This document shows, piece by piece, positions 22,186 through 32,000 of a DNA stretch of 32,000 nt. Origin of the DNA: Propionibacterium freudenreichii subsp. freudenreichii (GTDB lineage Bacteria; Actinomycetota; Actinomycetes; Propionibacteriales; Propionibacteriaceae); assembly GCF_000940845.1 (NCBI RefSeq), contig NZ_CP010341.1, positions 2,220,001 through 2,252,000 of the forward strand. Reading direction: 5' to 3'. Position 1 is the stretch's first letter, and each line of letters opens with the position of its first letter. Under the pieces are notes generated by a model. The model did not search any database. It had not been told where the DNA came from and saw only the letters and a program-made list of their open reading frames with translations. The position numbers and the translations under genes are program-made.

Positions 22186-23631
22186 TTGACCACCTCATCA
22201 ACCCAGACCCCGACGCGCCTTTTTCTGGTGCTGCTGGGCCCGCTGCTCGCCGGGTTCATCGGCCTGTTCAGTGAAGCCGCACTCAACATCGCCCTGCCCG
22301 ACCTGATGCATGTCTTCGCCATCAGCACCACCACGGCGCAATGGCTCACCACCGGATATCTGCTGATGGTCGGCATGCTGCTGCCGCTGTCCAGCCTGCT
22401 GGTGCGCTGGTTCACCACCCGTCAGTTGGTGTTCACCGCCCTGGCCTTCTTCGCCGTCGGCGCCACGGTCAGCGCACTGGCACCGGGCTTCGGCATGCTC
22501 GTGGCCGGACGCCTCATCCAGGGCGCCGCCACCGGCATCCTCATCCCCCTCATCGTCTCCACCGCCGTGGCCGCCTATCCGCCCGAACGCCGCGGCAGCG
22601 CCATGGGACTCGTCGGCCTGGTGCTCATGTTCGCCCCGGCGATCAGCCCCACCGTGTCGGGGCTCGTGGTGCAGACGATCGGTTGGCAGTGGATCTTCTG
22701 GCTGATGCTTCCGCTGGTGGCGCTGTCATTGGGCGTCTCGACGACGTTCCTGCGCAATGTGCAGCCCATCACCCGTCCGCATATCGACGCTGCCTCCATC
22801 GGCCTGTCAACCATCGGCCTGGGACTCTTCGTGTTCGCCATGAGTTCCGCGGGCTCCTTTGGTATCACCAACCCGCTGGGGTGGGGCAGCTTCGTGGTGG
22901 GCATCGTCGCACTCGCCGTGTTCGTGCACCGTCAGCTGCATCTGCCCCAGCCGATCCTTGACGTGAGGGTGTTCGCCCGTCGGAACTTCGCGGTGGCCTC
23001 GGCGCTGATCCTGGCCAACAACGCCCTGCTGATGTGCGCGATCTTCCTGATCCCGATGTACCTCGAGCAGGGACGGTCGGTGGCCGTGTTCACCGCCGGC
23101 CTCATCATGTTGCCGGCCGGCGTGGTCAACGGCCTGGTGTCGGTGTGGGCCGGACGCGCCACCGACACCCACCGTCCGTGGGTGATCGCCCGGGCGGGCT
23201 TCGCCATCGCCACCGTGGCCGCAGCCGCCTTCCTGCTGTTGGGCACCGACAGCCCACTGTGGATGCTCGTCGCCTTCCACTGCCTGCTCATGGTGGGTGT
23301 GCCGCTGGCCATGACACCCACCCAGACGCACGGACTCAATGCCCTGCCGGACCGTCTGGGCGCCGACGGTTCCACCGCCATCAGCACCCTGCAGCAGGTG
23401 GGCGGTGCCCTGGGTACCGCCTTTGCCGCCGGTCTGCTGAGCGCCGGGCGCGGCGCCGCCGAGCAGTCGGGGGTCTCCTCGTCGGCTGCGACCATCGCCG
23501 GGGTCCATGAGGGCTTGCTGTTCTCCGTCGCGCTCGGACTGGTCGGCCTGGGGCTGGGGCTGGCCTTCAAGCGGGGCACGCAGGCAGACGAGCCGGTCGT
23601 CGAGCCTGAGCTGACGGCCGCACTCGCCTGA
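22186..23631 (+). CDS. MFS transporter, DHA2 (EmrB/QacA-like, 14-TMS) type
   Basis: 481 aa with many TM segments. N-terminal LNIALPDLMHVF...AQWLTTGYLL and GRLIQGAATGILIPL are typical of DHA2 drug:H+ antiporters. Confidence 0.85.
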   Translation: MTTSSTQTPTRLFLVLLGPLLAGFIGLFSEAALNIALPDLMHVFAISTTTAQWLTTGYLLMVGMLLPLSSLLVRWFTTRQLVFTALAFFAVGATVSALAPGFGMLVAGRLIQGAATGILIPLIVSTAVAAYPPERRGSAMGLVGLVLMFAPAISPTVSGLVVQTIGWQWIFWLMLPLVALSLGVSTTFLRNVQPITRPHIDAASIGLSTIGLGLFVFAMSSAGSFGITNPLGWGSFVVGIVALAVFVHRQLHLPQPILDVRVFARRNFAVASALILANNALLMCAIFLIPMYLEQGRSVAVFTAGLIMLPAGVVNGLVSVWAGRATDTHRPWVIARAGFAIATVAAAAFLLLGTDSPLWMLVAFHCLLMVGVPLAMTPTQTHGLNALPDRLGADGSTAISTLQQVGGALGTAFAAGLLSAGRGAAEQSGVSSSAATIAGVHEGLLFSVALGLVGLGLGLAFKRGTQADEPVVEPELTAALA

Positions 23632-23662
23632 CATCCGCGGCGTGGGAACAGGGGTGGCCGGC

Positions 23663-24775
23663 CTACAGGTAGGCGCGCCAGAACTGGTCGGCCACCGGGT
23701 TGTCCTCCAGCGGGACGCCGAGTTCCACCGCCGCCTGCGCCGCCCAGTGCGGATTGCGCAGTGCGGCGCGTCCGATGCTCACGGCGTCGGCCTGGTCGGT
23801 GGCCAGGATCGTCTCGGCCTGGGTGGCGTCGGTGATCATGCCAACGCTCGACACGACGGCATCGGTGTCGACCAGCGCGTCCTTGATGGCCGTGGCCAGC
23901 GACACCTGGTAGCCCGGGCCCATCGGGATCGGGCCGCCATTGAGGCCACCCGAGGAGACGTCGATCCAGTTGAGGCCGTGGTCGGCCACCAGCTCGTGCA
24001 TCACGGCGGCCGCGGTCTCCAGGTCGAGGCCGCGCTCCGTCCAGTCGGTGGCGCTGAGGCGCAGGCCCAGCGGCTTGGTGGCCGGCCACACCGAACGCAC
24101 CGCGTCGACGATCTCGCGCATGAGCCGCGAACGCCCCGGCAGGTCGCCGCCGTATTCGTCGGTGCGGGTGTTGGTGAGCGGCGACAGGGCCTGGTGCATC
24201 AGGTAGCCGTGGGCACCGTGCAGCTGGATGGAGTCATAGCCGGCGGCGTCGGCACGCCGGGCCGCCTCACGGAATGCGTCGACGACCTGCTTCAGACCGG
24301 CCGCGTCGAGCGCCTGCGGCGCGTCCAGCCCGGGGAAGACCGGCTGGTCGGTGATGCCCACGGTCTGCCAGCCGCCCTGGTCCGCGGGCACGGTGCCGCC
24401 GGGCTGGTCGGGCAGCCACGGATAGGTGGACGCCTTGCCGCCGGCATGGCTCAGCTGGGTGGCGATGGCCGCGCCCTGGGAGTGGACGAAGTCGACGATG
24501 CGGGCATGCACCTGCTGCTGCTCGTCGTTCCACAGGCCGATGTCGCGCGGCGAGATCCGGCCGCGCGGTTCCACGGCCGTCGCCTCGGTGGTCACCAGGC
24601 CGAAGCCCCCGGCCGCCAGCGAGCCGTAGTGCTGCAGGTGCCAGTCGAGCGGCACGCCGTCGTGCGCGTCGACGATGTACTGGCACATCGGCGACACGAT
24701 CGCGCGATTGCGCAGGGTCAGGCCGTCGCCGGCGGGCGCGGAGATGGTCAGTGGCGAGAAGAGCGAAGATGTCAC
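23663..24775 (-). CDS. NADH:flavin oxidoreductase, Old Yellow Enzyme family
   Basis: LFSPLTI...LRNRAIVSPMCQY, GFGLVTTEATAV.PRGRISP.DIGLW, QLSHAGGKAS, DSIQLHGAHGYLMHQALSPLTN.RTDEYGG. GTG 24775 is chosen as the start; the upstream part of the track ORF is not protein-like. Confidence 0.85.
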   Translation of the reverse strand: MTSSLFSPLTISAPAGDGLTLRNRAIVSPMCQYIVDAHDGVPLDWHLQHYGSLAAGGFGLVTTEATAVEPRGRISPRDIGLWNDEQQQVHARIVDFVHSQGAAIATQLSHAGGKASTYPWLPDQPGGTVPADQGGWQTVGITDQPVFPGLDAPQALDAAGLKQVVDAFREAARRADAAGYDSIQLHGAHGYLMHQALSPLTNTRTDEYGGDLPGRSRLMREIVDAVRSVWPATKPLGLRLSATDWTERGLDLETAAAVMHELVADHGLNWIDVSSGGLNGGPIPMGPGYQVSLATAIKDALVDTDAVVSSVGMITDATQAETILATDQADAVSIGRAALRNPHWAAQAAVELGVPLEDNPVADQFWRAYL

Positions 24776-24929
24776 GAGGGCTGCCTCTGCTGGTCGGGAA
24801 CTGTCTGATTGGCGGCCCCACCCGCTGACGCGGCCGGGGCTCATCGTCCAGCATTCCATCCCGCCGGCACCATGGGCATGACAATGGGCAGCGCCACGCC
24901 GCGCTGACAAGCGGAGTTAGCCTGCGACC

Positions 24930-25748
24930 ATGCGCGCCACGCCCACTGAACATACCCACTACACGCACGGTTACGCCCCCAGCGTGCTCGCCTCGCACCG
25001 GGCGCGCACCGCGCGGAACTCGGCGGGATATTTATTGCCGTTGCTGCGTGGGGGCATGAGCCTGCTGGACGTCGGCAGCGGGGCCGGCACCATCACGGCG
25101 GACCTTGCCGCGTTGGTCGCGCCCGGGCACGTGACCGCCCTGGAGGTCACCGACGAGGCCGTCGCGGTCACCCGGGCCGGGCTGGCGGCCGCCGGGGCCG
25201 GCACCGTGGAGGTGCGGCGCGGCGACGTGGCAGACCTGCCCTTCGACGACGACAGCTTTGACGTGGTGCACGCCCACCAGGTGCTGCAGCATGTGGGCGA
25301 TCCGGTGGTCGCGCTGCGCGAGATGATGCGCGTGGCCCGTCCCGGCGGCGTGGTGGCCGTGCGCGATTCCGACTACGCCGGATTCACCTGGTGGCCCGAG
25401 TTGGCCGGCCTGACCCGGTGGCTGGAGCTGTACCGGGCTGCGGCACGGGCCAATGGCGGCGAGCCCGATGCCGGACGACGCCTGCTGGCCTGGGCCCATG
25501 GCGCCGGTGCCACCGAGGTGACGGCATCGTCATCCACGTGGTGCTACGCCGACGATGCCGCCCGTCAGCTGTGGGGTGGCACGTGGGCGCAGCGCATCCT
25601 CGACTCGTCGATCGCCGAGCAGCTGACGTCGTCGGGCATGGCGACGCGCGACGAGCTGGAGCAGATCTCGCAGGCCTGGCGGCACTGGGCGGCCGATCCC
25701 GACGGCTGGTTCAGCCTGCTGCACGGGGAGATCCTGATCCACGTGTGA
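24930..25748 (+). CDS. Class I SAM-dependent methyltransferase (Methyltransf_11-like)
   Basis: LLDVGSGAGTIT (motif I), FDVVHAHQVLQHV and RVARPGGVVAVRD. Confidence 0.85.
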   Translation: MRATPTEHTHYTHGYAPSVLASHRARTARNSAGYLLPLLRGGMSLLDVGSGAGTITADLAALVAPGHVTALEVTDEAVAVTRAGLAAAGAGTVEVRRGDVADLPFDDDSFDVVHAHQVLQHVGDPVVALREMMRVARPGGVVAVRDSDYAGFTWWPELAGLTRWLELYRAAARANGGEPDAGRRLLAWAHGAGATEVTASSSTWCYADDAARQLWGGTWAQRILDSSIAEQLTSSGMATRDELEQISQAWRHWAADPDGWFSLLHGEILIHV

Positions 25749-25788
25749 GCCGGCCTCGCCGCCGCCGCTGATCGGTGGTGAACACGAG

Positions 25789-25834
25789 ATAGGTGCGGAT
25801 GAAGCACGGTAGACGGTGCTTTTGTCGCACCTAT
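25789..25834. terminator. Compound hairpin between convergent genes (inner stem followed by a T-run on the plus strand)
   Basis: The outer stem is ataggtgcg / cgcacctat. The inner stem aagcac / gtgctt is followed by ttgt. The hairpin overlaps the stop codon (25831-33) of the minus-strand gene. Confidence 0.55.
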
Positions 25835-26400
25835 TCCCGGCCGCCGTTGTCCGGACGTCGGATCGGCTTGGCACCCATCGCCCAATAGCTGGCAGCACGC
25901 TTGGCGGTGCGCATCGGCACCACCAGCAGCAGCTCGCCATCGCTGTGGATCACGCGCGGGGCGGTGGACGGAAAGATCTGGTTGAGCACGAACGTCGCGG
26001 CAGCCGGCCACTGGGCGTAGTCCCGGGAGGGCACGCTGCGTTGCCACAGGTCCCAGTCGTCGAAGTCGACGTGCTTGAGTGCCGAGCGCAGGGCGGTGAG
26101 CGCCACCATGTTGGCGATGGTGCTCTCGGCGAGCACCTGCCCGGCGAGCAGGCGTCCGGCGACGGCGGTGGCGGCACGGCGCTCATCGAGCTCGGGAAGC
26201 TGGCTCGACACGCTGGTACGACGATCGGCAACTGCCTGCACCTGACGACGCGTCTCCGCGTCGAGCGCCACGCATTCGGCGGCGCTGATGCGCACCGCGC
26301 GCACCAGCAGCTCCGTGTCACCCATGATCATCAGCGGCGAATAGTCGTCGAGCTGCAGGTCGTCGACGATGCCGGGCGCAGGTTCCCATTCGGGCAACAT
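25831..26400 (-). CDS. Hypothetical protein (189 aa, no family recognised)
   Basis: ATG 26400 is preceded by the strong RBS GGGGAGGAA at 7-nt spacing. Composition is protein-like. The track start 26508 is unlikely. Confidence 0.6.
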   Translation of the reverse strand: MLPEWEPAPGIVDDLQLDDYSPLMIMGDTELLVRAVRISAAECVALDAETRRQVQAVADRRTSVSSQLPELDERRAATAVAGRLLAGQVLAESTIANMVALTALRSALKHVDFDDWDLWQRSVPSRDYAQWPAAATFVLNQIFPSTAPRVIHSDGELLLVVPMRTAKRAASYWAMGAKPIRRPDNGGRE

Positions 26401-26593
26401 CCGGCGTTCCTCCCCATGCCACGGACCCCGGGGAAAGCCCCTCTGGTCCTGGCCATGACCCCGATCTGATCCATCGTGCCACGCACGCTGAGATCCCGAT
26501 GACGGCAACGGTGGCCGAGTGAGTGCACCACTGCGATCAATGCGGCATCACGGTCCACTTCGACAACCCGCCGGCCGTTGGTGTGATTGGCCC

Positions 26594-26609
26594 TTAGGGA
26601 TCACCCTAA
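26594..26609. promoter_or_regulatory. Palindrome TTAGGG-N4-CCCTAA upstream of the toxin-antitoxin-like pair (candidate RHH operator)
   Basis: 6-bp perfect arms with a 4-nt spacer, 20 nt upstream of ATG 26629, in a locally AT-richer stretch. Confidence 0.4.
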
Positions 26610-26628
26610 ACGGTAGTACCCTTTATGG

Positions 26629-26922
26629 ATGGGCATCGAGCTCACCGACAGCGCCGCCGAACACGGATACACCAAGCAAGATGCGATCCATGCGATGGAG
26701 ACACCGTTGGCGTTCGTCATGGCCTTCCCGCCAACCCGCCCGGGTCATGCCAGACCGCCGGCGGCCTGGGTCGGGCCGGCGCGCTGAGGAAGGACCATTG
26801 AGGTGTTCGCTGACGTGGACGACCGCCACCGGAACCTGGTCATGTTCCATTGCATGGACGTGAGGCAGACCACCCGTGAGCGACTCATCGCTCTGGGTTG
26901 CGATCTAGAGGGGAGAGCATGA
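26629..26922 (+). pseudogene. Small TA-toxin-like ORF (BrnT/DUF4258-like layout, family unconfirmed) interrupted by an in-frame TGA at 26785-26787
   Basis: Hand translation gives MGIELTDSAAEHGYTKQDAIHAMETPLAFV...AAWVGPAR*GRTIEVFADVDDRHRNLVMFHCMDVRQTTRERL. The pattern (I.LT.HA..HG.T..DA......P......+GP...GR..EV.......+++HCM..R) continues across the stop. Its terminal TGA overlaps the ATG of the downstream RHH gene (ATGA at 26919-26922). Both halves are shorter than 60 aa, so they are absent from the ORF track. Confidence 0.55.
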
Positions 26923-27251
26923 TGGAAGCACAGGACAGGGACTACCGCGAAGCCATCGAGCAGATCGACGCCGACGAAGGCCGCGGATGGGACTCCCCGG
27001 ACGTCCTCGTCGGCGATCAGGCAGTGGAAGCCAGCCGTGCACTGCTCGCCCGCGTTGGACACCCAAGCCTTGGACATGGCAATGCCACCGGACGTGGACG
27101 CTCACCCAAACGGCAGGTGCGACTGCCCGAAGAACTCAACGATCGTCTCGACCGGTTCACGGCCGCCCACAACACCAATGCCTCACAGATCATGCGCCGC
27201 GCGTTGGAGGACTATCTCGACCGTGTCGATGGTGACGGGCGAGCCGCCTGA
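26919..27251 (+). CDS. Ribbon-helix-helix (CopG-like) antitoxin-type protein
   Basis: The C-terminal RQVRLPEELNDRLDRFTAAHNTNASQIMRRALEDYL is an RHH motif. RBS GAGGGGAGAG precedes ATG 26919, which is translationally coupled to the upstream toxin-like frame. Confidence 0.75.
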   Translation: MMEAQDRDYREAIEQIDADEGRGWDSPDVLVGDQAVEASRALLARVGHPSLGHGNATGRGRSPKRQVRLPEELNDRLDRFTAAHNTNASQIMRRALEDYLDRVDGDGRAA

Positions 27252-27281
27252 CCCCGCAGCAGGAACCCCTTCCCGGGACGG

Positions 27282-27317
27282 GACACATGGCTGGCCTCCG
27301 ACACATGGATGGCCTCC
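27282..27317. repeat. 18-bp tandem duplication (gacacatggctggcctcc / gacacatggatggcctcc)
   Basis: Two adjacent units with one mismatch, in the intergenic region after the RHH gene. Confidence 0.8.
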
Positions 27318-27349
27318 ATGATCCTTCCCACGGCCATGCCCTGATCGAT

Positions 27350-27389
27350 GACACGGTTCCCCTCCGGCAGTCGCAGGGGAAACCGTGTC
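27350..27389 (+). terminator. 14-bp stem hairpin (one bulge) between the RHH gene and the AlkZ-like gene
   Basis: gacacggttcccct (27350-63) pairs with aggggaaaccgtgtc (27375-89), with an 11-nt loop. Confidence 0.45.
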
Positions 27390-27439
27390 AACCCGCAGCC
27401 CCTCCGTCGGCGACAGACCGGCGGCACTAACGTGAAGAT

Positions 27440-28672
27440 GTGCCTCGAGTTCCCCCGCCGCCAGCGCTGCCCACGTCCATCTCGCTGCTGCGCATTGTCG
27501 CCCAGGGACTCGTGCCGGCCACGTCGGCGCCGACGCCCCATGAGGCGGTGCGCCGCCAGCTGGCCATGCAAGGCCAACTGTTCGGATCGTCCCTGGACGC
27601 GATCGCCGCCCGCACCCGCCAGACCAGCACCGACGGAGTGCGCGCCGCATTCAACCACCGCGAGCTGATGCGCTCGTGGCCGATGCGCGGCACCATCCAC
27701 GTGACCACGGCCGAGGACCACCACTGGCTGCGGGTGGCACTGGACAACCGGCGGGCCGCGTTCAAGCACCGCGCCGAGACCGAGTTCGGCGTCGACGAGA
27801 AGCTACTGAAGCAGGCCGCCGACATCGCCTTCGAACTGATCGGCGAATATGGCGCCGTCTCGCGTCGCACGCTGGTCAACGAGTGGGCGCGCCGCGGCGT
27901 CGTGCCCGCCGATCCGCATGCCGCCGGCGCCGGCCACCTGCGCCGTTCCCTGATCATCTGGCTGCATGCCGACGGACTGCTCGTGCAGGGCCCCCTGCAG
28001 GGCAATGAGCCGCTGCTCGTGGACGCCCGCACGCTTCCCGACGCCACCACCGGCCCCGGCCACTCCGGCCGCGGTAGCAAGGCCCCCACCGGCAACCCGG
28101 CCGCGCTGGCCGAGATCGCCCGCCGCTACGCCACCAGCCACGGGCCGGTGACCGCCGCCGACCTGGCGCGGTGGAGCGGTCTGTCGAAGACCGTGGCGCT
28201 GCGTGCCCTGCGCGACGCGGTGTCGGCCGCCGACAGCCCCGGGGCGTCTGCCTTCGACGGCTCGCACATGGTGCCCCTGTTGCGCATGTCGGGCGCGCAA
28301 TTGCTGCGGATGGCCCACGCCGTCGCGGGGGGACGCCAACCGGCCGAGGCCCCTGCCGGCGAGTTCGTGCTGCGCGCCGACCTGGCCGACCTGCTGGCCC
28401 AGTCGTTGCCCGCCGCCCGACGCACCATGCTGCTGCCCGCCTTCGACGAGCTGCACATCGGCTACCAGGATCGCAGCTGCCTCACCGACGCGGCCGGCGA
28501 GACCCTGCTGAGTCCCTCGAAGAACGGCATGTTCCGCCCGATGCTGGTCGATCGTGGACGCGTGGTGGCGGCCCTGGCCGACGGCCAGCTCGTCTGGGCC
28601 GACGGGCAACCCGCCAGCAAGCGCTTGGAGCGGGCCACACAGCTGGCGATCAACCGCGCCGCCCGCGACTGA
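27440..28672 (+). CDS. Winged-helix DNA glycosylase-like protein, AlkZ/YcaQ (HTH_42, DUF1006) family
   Basis: LRIVAQGL...AVRRQLAMQGQ (Q-x-Q motif position), RSWPMRGTIHV, ...LLPAFDELHIGYQDR..L......F.PMLVDRGRVV. This architecture is typical of AlkZ/YcaQ family proteins. The GTG 27440 start is uncertain. Confidence 0.75.
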   Translation: MPRVPPPPALPTSISLLRIVAQGLVPATSAPTPHEAVRRQLAMQGQLFGSSLDAIAARTRQTSTDGVRAAFNHRELMRSWPMRGTIHVTTAEDHHWLRVALDNRRAAFKHRAETEFGVDEKLLKQAADIAFELIGEYGAVSRRTLVNEWARRGVVPADPHAAGAGHLRRSLIIWLHADGLLVQGPLQGNEPLLVDARTLPDATTGPGHSGRGSKAPTGNPAALAEIARRYATSHGPVTAADLARWSGLSKTVALRALRDAVSAADSPGASAFDGSHMVPLLRMSGAQLLRMAHAVAGGRQPAEAPAGEFVLRADLADLLAQSLPAARRTMLLPAFDELHIGYQDRSCLTDAAGETLLSPSKNGMFRPMLVDRGRVVAALADGQLVWADGQPASKRLERATQLAINRAARD

Positions 28673-28727
28673 CACGTCACCACACGTCACCACACGTCAC
28701 CACACGTCACCGCACGTCACCGCACGG
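28671..28727. repeat. 10-bp tandem repeat C(A/G)CACGTCAC, about 5.5 copies, starting at the AlkZ-like stop codon
   Basis: gacacgtcac cacacgtcac cacacgtcac cacacgtcac cgcacgtcac cgcacgg. The last copy runs into the left arm of the following hairpin. Confidence 0.9.
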
Positions 28728-28770
28728 TGTTGGCCGGGACCGGCTCGTCCCCGGTCCCGGCCAACACCGT
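28724..28770. terminator. 20-bp perfect-stem hairpin between convergent genes (bidirectional terminator candidate)
   Basis: acggtgttggccgggaccgg (28724-43), 7-nt loop, ccggtcccggccaacaccgt (28751-70). Confidence 0.7.
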
Positions 28771-28798
28771 CGTGCAACGGTTCAATGAGGCGCCGAAC

Positions 28799-30919
<2,121 letters not shown>

Positions 30920-31028
30920 TCACCATCGTCGCTGACGCCTGGTGGGGTGACAGATAAGGCGCCCCGAGGCCGTGCATCGTCTGCACCGCCACACCCGCGG
31001 GGCGAAATGCTCGACGGAAGGCACCCCC

Positions 31029-32000
31029 ATGCTGGCCCTGGACACGGCCTCAGCGATCCGGCTCGACCTGTCACCGGTCGATTACCTGATGCTGCTCATC
31101 TATTTCTCGACAGTGCTCATGATCGGTTTCGCCGCCCGCCGCAGGGTGCACTCGTCGATGGACTTCTTCCTGTCGGGACGCTCAATGCCGGCCTGGATCA
31201 CCGGGCTGGCGTTCGTCTCGGCGAACCTCGGCGCCACGGAGATCCTGGGCATGGCCGCGAACGGCGCCCAGATCGGCATGGCAACGCTGCACTACTACCT
31301 GATCGGCGCGGTACCGGCCATGGTGTTCCTCGGCTTGGTGATGATGCCGTTCTATTACGGTTCGAAGGTGCGCAGCGTGCCCGAGTTCATGTTGCGCCGC
31401 TTCGGCAAGGGCGCGCACCTGGTGAACTCCATCTCATTCGCCGCCTCGAATGTGCTGATCGCTGGTATCAACCTGTATGCGATGGCGCTGATCATCGAGG
31501 CCATGCTTGGCTGGCCCGAATGGCTGGCCGTGGTGATCTCGGCCCTGTTCGTGCTGATCTACATCGTGCTGGGCGGTCTGTCGTCGGCCATCTACAACGA
31601 GGTGATGCAGTTCTTCGTGATCATCGCCGCCCTGGTGCCGCTGACCGTCGTCGGCATGCACCGCGTGGGCGGATGGGGTGGCCTGACGCAGGCATTGGCC
31701 AACACCACCGGTGGCAAGCTCATGACACATGCATGGAAGGGCACCGGGATCGGTGATGTGACGAATCCGATCGGCGCGAACTGGCTGGCCATCGTCATGG
31801 GCCTGGGCTTCGTGCTGGCGTTCGGATACTGGACCACCAACTTCACCGAGGTGCAGCGTGCCTTCTCGGCCAAGAACATGTCGGCCGCACGACGCACCCC
31901 GCTGATCGGCGCCTTCCCGAAGCTGTTTATCCCCTTCATCGTGGTAATTCCCGGCATGATCGCGGCGGCCACCGTGGGCAATCTGTTCGCTGACGGCACG
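31029..32000 (+). CDS. Sodium:solute symporter (SSS) family transporter, N-terminal 324 codons; continues past the right edge
   Basis: Hand translation gives MLALDTASAIRLDLSPVDYLMLLIYFSTVLMIGFAARRRV.SSMDFFLSGRSMPAWITGLAFVSANLGATEILGMAANG...SVPEFMLRRFG...AIYNEVMQFFVI. This is a typical SSS/SglT-like N-terminus, with RBS GGAAGG upstream. The track ORF 30866..31756 is a different, non-protein-like frame. Confidence 0.85.
   Translation, partial: MLALDTASAIRLDLSPVDYLMLLIYFSTVLMIGFAARRRVHSSMDFFLSGRSMPAWITGLAFVSANLGATEILGMAANGAQIGMATLHYYLIGAVPAMVFLGLVMMPFYYGSKVRSVPEFMLRRFGKGAHLVNSISFAASNVLIAGINLYAMALIIEAMLGWPEWLAVVISALFVLIYIVLGGLSSAIYNEVMQFFVIIAALVPLTVVGMHRVGGWGGLTQALANTTGGKLMTHAWKGTGIGDVTNPIGANWLAIVMGLGFVLAFGYWTTNFTEVQRAFSAKNMSAARRTPLIGAFPKLFIPFIVVIPGMIAAATVGNLFADGT

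Noticed and set aside
28671-28727. Tandem short repeats (this one plus 3881-4015, 4549-4614, 12003-12086) as possible CRISPR arrays
   Set aside because: The units are 10-33 bp and directly abutting, with no unique spacers and no cas genes. They are mini- or microsatellites, not CRISPR.

Overview
This is a high-GC actinobacterial chromosomal segment. Gene content looks Propionibacteriales-like, but the taxon cannot be proven from sequence alone. Left to right the window contains:
- the 5' part of a Tat-dependent DMSO-reductase-family operon on the minus strand (torD-like chaperone, an atypical Fe-S/zinc-ribbon protein, dmsA running off the left edge)
- a DUF6457-like small gene
- a complete actinobacterial Tad/Flp-type locus of the Rv3654c-Rv3660c kind (ssd/cpaE-like, tadA, tadB, tadC, flp/DUF4244, two tadE-like genes), interrupted by an opposite-strand pentapeptide-repeat gene
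- a methyltransferase and nhaA
- a holin-X-like protein plus a small membrane protein, then a hypothetical protein
- a csoR-copZ-copA copper operon with two CsoR boxes
- a roughly 900-bp non-coding gap holding a dense cluster of DnaA-box-like TCCACA motifs, followed by dnaB
- a marR/MFS divergent pair, an Old-Yellow-Enzyme-type flavin oxidoreductase, a second methyltransferase and a hypothetical protein
- a toxin/RHH-antitoxin-like pair whose toxin frame carries an in-frame TGA
- an AlkZ/YcaQ-like winged-helix glycosylase
- thiC with a TPP riboswitch
- the 5' part of a sodium:solute symporter running off the right edge

I saw no rRNA, tRNA, CRISPR array or transposase. Many long ORFs in the supplied track are wrong-frame or antisense artefacts of GC richness. 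Three genes (dmsA, the disrupted toxin, the symporter) are absent from the track and were translated by hand.

No clearly novel multi-gene system is evident. The points most worth a second look are the DnaA-box clusters, the split Tad locus, the disrupted TA pair, and several perfect short in-frame tandem repeats.
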